Shown here: positions 25,845-32,000 of the stretch, piece after piece | How the letters are laid out: each line of letters opens with the position of its first letter | How positions within the stretch are numbered: the first letter of the stretch is position 1 | Assembly (NCBI RefSeq): GCF_000025505.1 | Contig: NC_013849.1 | Coordinates: forward strand, 960,001-992,000 | Direction: 5' to 3' | Origin: Ferroglobus placidus DSM 10642 | Lineage (GTDB): Archaea; Halobacteriota; Archaeoglobi; Archaeoglobales; Archaeoglobaceae | Length of the DNA: 32,000 bases | Position numbers and translations under genes: made by a program | The notes under the pieces: model-generated | Told to the model about the DNA's origin: nothing | Databases searched by the model: none | The model's input: the letters and a program-made list of their open reading frames with translations, nothing else

Positions 25845-25977
25845 AGTCTAAAATCTTCCAAATTTTTTATCGCAAATTTTAAATACCTATAATTTTCTCT
25901 ACATTTTTAAACCTCCAGGTGACTTACATGTTTGCAAGCGATTTTTTGAAGAGCCTTGGAGGATCTGAGGTGGTTTG

Positions 25978-27024
25978 ATGAGGTCGAAGGTAATTTTGAG
26001 CCTGATATTGGTTCTTGCAATTGGCGTAGCATTTGCTGGATGCGCCGGAGAGAAGCAAGCAGCCAAACCGGAAAAAACTCCAGAGAAAGCTGAAGGAATT
26101 AAAATCCCGAAAACTGAAGACGGAAAGTACATAGTAACTATATACACCGGCTCTGGTCCCGGAAGCGTTTACTTCGCTGTCGGTTCCATGTTTGCGAAGG
26201 TTTTGAATAAGAAGAGCGACTTGATCGAAGCTAAAGGAGTAACGAGCGGAGCAAGCGTTGCCAATGCGAAGGCTATAGGGAAAGGAGAAGCTTTAGCTGC
26301 GATAATCCAGAACGATGTTACTTACTACGCTTGGAACGGAAAGTTCCAGTTTGAGGGTAAGCCGATAAAAGAGCTTAGAGGAATAGGAACCCTTTATCCT
26401 GAACCCGTGCAGATAGTTGTTAGAGCTGATAGCGACATATACACTCTCGAAGATTTAAGGGGTAAGAAGGTTGTTGTTGGAGCGGCTGGAAGTGGAGTTG
26501 CCGCAACGGCAGAAAGAGTTTTGAAAGCTGCTGGAGTATGGGACGATATCGAGCCAGTCTACCAAACGTTCAGTGAAGCTGCCCAAAGTCTCGTTCTTGG
26601 ACAAGTAGACGCGGAATTCACGGTAATTGCTTATCCAGCTCCAGCTATAGACCAGATTGCCGTTAAAGTTCCTGTAAGATTGATTCCGATTCCTGACGAA
26701 GTCATTCAGAAGCTCCACGATGAAGGATATCCGTTCTACGTAAAAGTTGTTGTTCCAGCCAACACCTACAACGGGCAAACTGAAGACGTGCAAACGATAG
26801 CTGTGAAGGCAACTCTGGCTGTTCACAAAGACTTGCCAGAGGAAGTTGTTTACGAGATGACAAATGTCCTCTACGAAAACATAGATGAGCTCGCAAAAGC
26901 GCACCAGGTTGCAAAGCAAATAGATATGAATAAAGCCTTTGAAGGACTGATGATTCCGCTCCACCCCGGAGCAGTAAAGTACTACGAAGAGAAAGGGATC
27001 AAAGTTCCAGAAAACCTGAGGTGA
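25978..27024 (+). CDS. TAXI-family TRAP transporter solute-binding protein (lipobox-type signal)
   Basis: Signal/lipobox LAIGVAFAGC, the TAXI-typical YTGSGPGSVYFAVG and C-terminal PLHPGAVKYYEEKG. Confidence 0.8.
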   Translation: MRSKVILSLILVLAIGVAFAGCAGEKQAAKPEKTPEKAEGIKIPKTEDGKYIVTIYTGSGPGSVYFAVGSMFAKVLNKKSDLIEAKGVTSGASVANAKAIGKGEALAAIIQNDVTYYAWNGKFQFEGKPIKELRGIGTLYPEPVQIVVRADSDIYTLEDLRGKKVVVGAAGSGVAATAERVLKAAGVWDDIEPVYQTFSEAAQSLVLGQVDAEFTVIAYPAPAIDQIAVKVPVRLIPIPDEVIQKLHDEGYPFYVKVVVPANTYNGQTEDVQTIAVKATLAVHKDLPEEVVYEMTNVLYENIDELAKAHQVAKQIDMNKAFEGLMIPLHPGAVKYYEEKGIKVPENLR

Positions 27025-27036
27025 GGTGTTAGCTGG

Positions 27037-27483
27037 TTGAATAAAAAACTTCCAATCTTATTTTTATTGTCTCTATTTATTCTAATTGCCCTTCAACCAG
27101 TTCGTGTGCTGGAGGTGAAATTTGACGATTATGCGTTAATCATCCCTCTCTCCTCAACTCTGCTTCTTTCCGTAGAATACGTTCACAGCGTATCCCTGAC
27201 TAAAGTTATCGACGTTTATATGGTAAACGAAAGCGGAATTTATTTCGTCGAGACGAAATGGCAGGAATTTGAGGCTGGTCAACCTTTAAACGGTAGCGTT
27301 GAGGGAAAGTTCTTCGTCAAAAAAGCGAACAAATACCTCGGAAAGGAATGGAAGTACTGGTTTATTCCTCTGAACAACTTTACGATCAAAGTTGGTAAAA
27401 GCGTTTTTCATCAACCAAATGGGGAAGGATTTCTCGAATTTAGAGTTAAAACGGTTCCAGCATTTAAACTCATAACAGGGTGA
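27037..27483 (+). CDS. DUF1850-like small membrane-anchored protein of TAXI-TRAP operons
   Basis: N-terminal TM helix, EYVHSVSLTKVIDVY...EFEAGQP, and the conserved position between the TAXI binding protein and the permease. TTG start preceded by GAGGTGAGGTG. Confidence 0.6.
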   Translation: MNKKLPILFLLSLFILIALQPVRVLEVKFDDYALIIPLSSTLLLSVEYVHSVSLTKVIDVYMVNESGIYFVETKWQEFEAGQPLNGSVEGKFFVKKANKYLGKEWKYWFIPLNNFTIKVGKSVFHQPNGEGFLEFRVKTVPAFKLITG

Positions 27484-29789
27484 GGAAAGTGGAAGAAGTT
27501 GAGAAGTTCATAGCTATTGAAAAAGCGAGGAAGCTGCCAAAAAGGCTTGACAAAATCGTAAAACTGGCAGCAATACTCATAGGTATCTACGAAATACTTT
27601 TCATTTTCAACTTCACATACTCGATATACGGGCTTTTCGAAAAAATAGGGTTAAAACTCTTCTTTCTAAGACTCGATTTTCAAGATAAGCAAGGAGAAGC
27701 TTTCGTTTTAGCAATGATCCTCGTTATAGCCTTTCTACTCTATCCCGTAAGGAATAAGGAAAAGTACTTCAAAAAAGTTCAGCTTTACGATTACTTTTTG
27801 ATTGCTTTAAGCTTGCTCAGCATGTTCTACATGTTTTTAAGATTCCCAGAATACACTCAATCTTACGACGTGACTTTTTATGATGTCATTTTCGGATTGA
27901 TCGCTATTTTCGTCGTTCTTGAAGCTACAAGAAGAACTGTGGGCTGGATTCTTCCGGCTATAGTTCTCGTTTTCCTCGCCTACGGAATCCAAGACACTCG
28001 ATTCAACTGGAATAGGTTCGTTCAGTACTTATACTTGGATCAGGGCATCTTTGGAATTCCCTTCTACGTTATGACTATTTACGTCTTCGCTTTCGTCTTT
28101 TTCGGAGCTTTTCTTTTGAGAATTGGCGTGAGCGATTACGTAACAAAATTTATGATATCTCTTTTCGGTCCCAGAGAAGGAGGGCCTGCTAAAGCAGCGG
28201 TCGTTTCGAGCGGTTTGATGGGGACTGTTAGCGGAAGCTCCGTCGCAAACGTTCTGACAACTGGAACCTTCACGATACCTCTGATGAAAAAAGCCGGTTA
28301 TCCTCCGGAAACTGCTGGAGCAGTTGAGCCAGTTGCATCTACGGGAGGACAGCTAATGCCTCCGATAATGGGGGCAGCAGCCTTTATCATGGCTCAGTTT
28401 CTCGGAATCCCCTACAACAAGCTGATAATTGCCGCCGTCTTACCGGCATTGATTTACTACGCTGGAGTCTATATATTCATCGACCTCGAAACGAAGAGGC
28501 TCGGTTTGAAAGGACTGTCGAGGGAGTATTTTACGCCCCTCCACTACTTTTTAAGGAAGATATACATTCTCCTTCCAATAGGTGTTATTACTCTCGCCCT
28601 CGTATGGGGCATAGCCCCTCACATAGCTGCCATCTCCTCTCTTGGAATTGCAATTTGGGTTGCATGGATTTCCAAAGATGAAATCCCCGGAGACGAAAGA
28701 ATTTACGTCGCTTTTATTCTGCTGACAACGATTTTGATGTTCTCGGGTAGAGAGCTATCGTTTATCTCCGCTCCCTTTTTAATTTTCCTCGCCTCCCTTC
28801 TTCTATTTTTTGGCTTTCTCAGAAAGGTTGAGTTTAACGAAAAATTCTACATAAGCATTCTCTTCATTCTTTTCGCAGCATTTTGCAAGTTTCTCGGAAT
28901 AAGGAAAGAGGAAATCCTCCTAATGAGCGGTGTTTTCGGGATAATATTCTCTCTTATTGTCGGGAAAGTTTCGAAAAGTGAAGAAGGAAAGAAAATGTTC
29001 TCCGCTACCTACGATTCGATGATCGATGCTGGAAAAACGAGCACAAGCGTTATGCTCGCAGCAGCCTCAGCAGGATTGATTCAGGGAGTTTTGACGATGA
29101 CTGGATTGGTTACGAGTCTCGGCTACAAGCTTATAGATTTAACCGGAGGATATCTGGCTTTGCTTCTCGTGATGGCTATGGTCTTCAGCCTCATTCTCGG
29201 AATGGGTGTCCCAACTACAGCAAACTACGTCATAACGTCTCTCGTAGCAGCTCCAGCCGTTTTCAACGCTGTGGCTGGAAACAGCATCTACGAAGCTCTC
29301 GTCCCCGGCACAACAACAGCCACAGCTCTGCTTGCAGCCCACTTCTTCGTCTTCTACTTCGGAATACTCGCAGACTTGACGCCGCCGGTCGCTTTAGCAG
29401 CCTACGCCGGTTCAGCTTTAGCTAAAAGTGACTTTTGGAAAACCGCAAGGAATTCCGTCAAGTACGCTTTAGCCGGCTACATCGGACCTTACATCTACTT
29501 TACTCATCCCGAGATGTTCATTATAACCGTCCAGAACTGGGATTTGTATATGGTGGCAAAGCTCCTCTACTACTTCTTCGCAAGCGTTTTCGTAATGTAT
29601 TTGATCGCTGTAGCGATAACCGGCTATTTCGACAAACCTTTGAGGAGAGAAGTTAAAGCTACTTTGCTTTTACTTGGTTTAGCCGGAGCCACCTTGCATT
29701 ACCTGCCGATTCTTCTCGGTATTGCTGCTTTGCTCAGCCTGAAATTGTACAATAAGAAGGTGAGGGGTGATGTCGTTGAGGAGTTTTGA
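27480..29789 (+). CDS. TRAP transporter fused permease (4TM/12TM fusion, TAXI-type)
   Basis: 769-aa polytopic protein with GGPAKAAVVSSGLMGTVSGSSVANV and GGQLMPPIMGAAAF. The GTG start overlaps the upstream stop (GTGA). Confidence 0.85.
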   Translation: MRKVEEVEKFIAIEKARKLPKRLDKIVKLAAILIGIYEILFIFNFTYSIYGLFEKIGLKLFFLRLDFQDKQGEAFVLAMILVIAFLLYPVRNKEKYFKKVQLYDYFLIALSLLSMFYMFLRFPEYTQSYDVTFYDVIFGLIAIFVVLEATRRTVGWILPAIVLVFLAYGIQDTRFNWNRFVQYLYLDQGIFGIPFYVMTIYVFAFVFFGAFLLRIGVSDYVTKFMISLFGPREGGPAKAAVVSSGLMGTVSGSSVANVLTTGTFTIPLMKKAGYPPETAGAVEPVASTGGQLMPPIMGAAAFIMAQFLGIPYNKLIIAAVLPALIYYAGVYIFIDLETKRLGLKGLSREYFTPLHYFLRKIYILLPIGVITLALVWGIAPHIAAISSLGIAIWVAWISKDEIPGDERIYVAFILLTTILMFSGRELSFISAPFLIFLASLLLFFGFLRKVEFNEKFYISILFILFAAFCKFLGIRKEEILLMSGVFGIIFSLIVGKVSKSEEGKKMFSATYDSMIDAGKTSTSVMLAAASAGLIQGVLTMTGLVTSLGYKLIDLTGGYLALLLVMAMVFSLILGMGVPTTANYVITSLVAAPAVFNAVAGNSIYEALVPGTTTATALLAAHFFVFYFGILADLTPPVALAAYAGSALAKSDFWKTARNSVKYALAGYIGPYIYFTHPEMFIITVQNWDLYMVAKLLYYFFASVFVMYLIAVAITGYFDKPLRREVKATLLLLGLAGATLHYLPILLGIAALLSLKLYNKKVRGDVVEEF

Positions 29790-31056
29790 GATTTACGAAA
29801 AGGCTTCGAAAATTATTCCGAAAGCTGCTCAAACTGGTTTGAGGGCTGAGACGCACTATCCGCATCCCTTCGTTCCGGAAAGGGCTTTCGGCTGTAAAAT
29901 TGTCGACGTTGATGGAAGAGTTTACACCGACTACCACTTGGCATTCGGTCCGATACTTCTCGGACACAACCACCCCGAAGTAAACGAGGCTGTGAAGGAG
30001 CAAATTGAAGAGGGCGTTTTGTTTGGAGCTGGTGTTTGCGAGCTTGAGGTGGAGGTTGCCGAAAAACTTGTTGAGCTGATTCCTTCAGCTGAGATGGTTA
30101 CCTTTGTTAATTCCGGCACGGAGGCGACGTATCACGCTATAAGGTTGTCGAGGGCTTACACGGAAAGGGAGAAGATAATCAAGTTCGAAGGCTGCTACCA
30201 CGGCTGGCACGATTACGTGGCTTTCAACGTCAATCCACCCAAGGAGAAAATGGGAAGAATTTATCCTCAATCTAGAGGTATACTGAAGGCTGCTTACGAA
30301 ACTACGACCGTTTTGCCCTTCAACGACAAGGAAGCTTTTGAAGAGTACATGGCTGAACACGGAGAAGAGGTCGCTGGAGTCATACTCGAGCCGATCCCCC
30401 ACAGCGTTGGAGCGATAATTCCGAAAAGAGATTTCCTGAAAAGTTTGAGGAAGGAGACGAAAAGCTATGGATCTGTCTTAATCTTCGATGAGATAATAAC
30501 AGCATTCAGACACAACATCCACGGAGTTCAAGAGGAATTCGGAGTAATTCCGGATTTAACCACGATAGGAAAATCTATGGGAAACGGCTATCCAGTAGCG
30601 GCGATAGTGGGGAAAGAGGAGATAATGTCGCTGGTGCATAACGGAGTTCTCGTTTCCGGAACTTACAGCGGTCATCCAGCGTCACTTGCGGCTGTGAAAA
30701 AGACAATAGAAGTTCTCGAAAGGGAGAAAGTTGTAGAATACATTTCCAAGCTTGGAGAGGAATATAGAAAAGCGATTAAAGATGTTATAGAGGATACGGA
30801 AACAAAAGCGAGAGTCGTTGGTTACAAATCAATCTTCGCAATTCAGTTTGCCGAAGGAGAAGTCGTGGACTACTCTTCAGTCGTAGATGTCGACAGAGAG
30901 AAGTTCAAAGCTTTTGCGGCGGAGATGAGAAAAAGAGGTATCTTTTTCACGCCGAATCCTCTCAAAAGGTGTCATCTCTCAGCCAAACATAGCGAAAAAG
31001 AGTTGGAGGAGTTCGTGTCTTCAGCTTTCGAAGTTTTGAGGCGAATTGATGCGTAG
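29770..31056 (+). CDS. Class III pyridoxal-phosphate aminotransferase (glutamate-1-semialdehyde aminomutase-like)
   Basis: NSGTEATYHAIRLSR, FDEIITAFR and the PLP-lysine context DLTTIGKSMGNGYPVAA. It overlaps the permease 3' end by 20 nt. Confidence 0.85.
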   Translation: MSLRSFEIYEKASKIIPKAAQTGLRAETHYPHPFVPERAFGCKIVDVDGRVYTDYHLAFGPILLGHNHPEVNEAVKEQIEEGVLFGAGVCELEVEVAEKLVELIPSAEMVTFVNSGTEATYHAIRLSRAYTEREKIIKFEGCYHGWHDYVAFNVNPPKEKMGRIYPQSRGILKAAYETTTVLPFNDKEAFEEYMAEHGEEVAGVILEPIPHSVGAIIPKRDFLKSLRKETKSYGSVLIFDEIITAFRHNIHGVQEEFGVIPDLTTIGKSMGNGYPVAAIVGKEEIMSLVHNGVLVSGTYSGHPASLAAVKKTIEVLEREKVVEYISKLGEEYRKAIKDVIEDTETKARVVGYKSIFAIQFAEGEVVDYSSVVDVDREKFKAFAAEMRKRGIFFTPNPLKRCHLSAKHSEKELEEFVSSAFEVLRRIDA

Positions 31057-31103
31057 CTCTTTCTTAGTTACGTTTTTTAAACCTTCTTCAAAATTTTAGG
31101 GAG

Positions 31104-31859
31104 ATGGAGATAGCCATTCCCTCCTCAATCCTCGAGAACGAAAGCGATGATAAGATAAAGACGTTTAAAGTGGGAATAATCGGGAGGGCTGCAGCCATTT
31201 TCAGAGTCGAGAAGATATACATCTACAAAGATCCGAGTAGAGACGATTCGAATTTCATCTCCGAAATTTTAAGATATATGGAGACTCCGCAGTATCTGAG
31301 GAAGTATCTTTTCCCGAGAAGCGAGAAGCTGAGATATGCTGGAGTTTTACAGCCCCTCCAGATTCCTTCCCATAAGCCGAAACATTTAAAAGTCGGTGAA
31401 ATCAGAGAGGGGGTAATCGTCAAAGTTGCTGACGGCACCGCGTGGGCTGATATAGGAATGAAAGCCCTGGCCCTCTTTCGAGGAAAGGCTCGAAAGGGGG
31501 CCCGCGTGACCGTCAGGGTCTGTTCGACGAATCCGTTGGTAGTAGAAGAGGCGAAGCCCGAGGAGTATTGGGGCTTCAAGGTGGAGAAGTGCAGCTTGAA
31601 AAAGCTGCTGAAAAGGGAAGATGCGGTAGTAACTTCCAAGCTCGGATACCATCCGAGTGTGGATGAGATAAAAAAAGTGAATCTGCTCATATTTGGAAGT
31701 CCGAGTAAAGAGGTAAAGGAGATTGCGGACATACTGGGATTAGAATTCGAAGCTAAGATGTGGAACTTGATTCCGAAGCAAGGAGTGAGAAGTGTGAGGG
31801 TAGAGGAGGCTGTGATTAGCTGTCTTTCCGTAATCAATTTCATTAGGGAGGTGTATTGA
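31104..31859 (+). CDS. Putative SPOUT-superfamily RNA methyltransferase (DUF171/COG2106)
   Basis: N-terminal [11 protein letters not shown]...[21 protein letters not shown] is typical of the Methyltrn_RNA_3 family. Confidence 0.7.
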   Translation: MEIAIPSSILENESDDKIKTFKVGIIGRAAAIFRVEKIYIYKDPSRDDSNFISEILRYMETPQYLRKYLFPRSEKLRYAGVLQPLQIPSHKPKHLKVGEIREGVIVKVADGTAWADIGMKALALFRGKARKGARVTVRVCSTNPLVVEEAKPEEYWGFKVEKCSLKKLLKREDAVVTSKLGYHPSVDEIKKVNLLIFGSPSKEVKEIADILGLEFEAKMWNLIPKQGVRSVRVEEAVISCLSVINFIREVY

Positions 31860-32000
31860 TGAAGTACCACAGACCGAGAAGGGGTTCCCTCGGATTCTCT
31901 CCGAGAAAGAGAGCGAGTAGTATAATCCCGAGAATTAGAAGCTGGCCAGACTGCGATGAACCAAGACTTCTTGGATTTGCCGGCTACAAAGCGGGAATGA
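31859..32000 (+). CDS. rpl3: 50S ribosomal protein uL3, N-terminal part; 3' end lies outside the window
   Basis: This ORF is not in the track because it runs off the edge. It reads [47 protein letters not shown], the canonical archaeal L3 N-terminus. GGAGGTG lies 5 nt upstream, and the ATG overlaps the upstream TGA (TGATG). Confidence 0.9.
   Translation, partial: MKYHRPRRGSLGFSPRKRASSIIPRIRSWPDCDEPRLLGFAGYKAGM

Noticed and set aside
31223-31870. A 215-aa minus-strand ORF, plus an 88-aa one, antisense to the SPOUT methyltransferase gene.
   Set aside because: This is a shadow ORF of the same kind. The plus-strand product has a family-typical N-terminus and is coupled to rpl3.
1-32000. A search by eye for CRISPR arrays, IS elements or terminal inverted repeats, rRNA genes, integrase or transposase genes, and C/D-box sRNAs (RTGATGA...CTGA) in intergenic regions.
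   Set aside because: I found none. There are no regularly spaced direct repeats, no recognisable transposase or integrase motifs in any listed ORF, and no TGATGA box in the larger intergenic gaps. A computational repeat or covariance-model scan would be needed to exclude short or degenerate instances.

Overview
This window looks like a compact archaeal chromosome segment. The evidence is a PolD small subunit, Alba, an NrpR-like regulator, a class-III-signal pilin-like protein, and TATA boxes about 25 nt upstream of tRNAs and of apparently leaderless starts. The gene content resembles Archaeoglobales, but that is inference only. I count about 41 genes. Many share 1-4 nt start/stop overlaps, and three convergent pairs overlap at their 3' ends.

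Most of the window is housekeeping:
- PolD DP1 (5'-truncated by the window edge), pyrH, adk, hisA-hisB, a ZIP transporter, tRNA-His(GUG) and tRNA-Gly(UCC).
- btpA, tusA plus an iscS-like gene plus iscU, a COG3044-type ATPase, and a ClC channel with CBS domains.
- pgk, albA, asd, an MFS transporter, and an NrpR-like gene next to a TAXI-TRAP transporter operon that ends in a class III aminotransferase.
- A SPOUT-type methyltransferase whose stop overlaps the start of rpl3, which runs off the right edge.

The only clearly accessory stretch is about 9.34-14.6 kb, directly 3' of tRNA-His. It is AT-rich and all its genes are on the minus strand. It holds an orphan lipoprotein, an orphan 69-aa/155-aa gene pair, two ORF-free stretches with decayed-looking frames, a VapBC module, and a type IV pilin-like gene abutting an HExxH metalloprotease gene. 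I saw no integrase, att repeat, CRISPR array or IS element.

The best candidates for something undescribed are:
1. The 69/155-aa cassette.
2. The pilin-like/HExxH pair.
3. A wHTH / radical-SAM+TRAM / ASCH+HTH operon in the core region.

None of these can be given a function from sequence alone. A cysteine-desulfurase homologue lacking the PLP-binding lysine, sitting inside the tusA-iscS-iscU cluster, can be read directly from the sequence.
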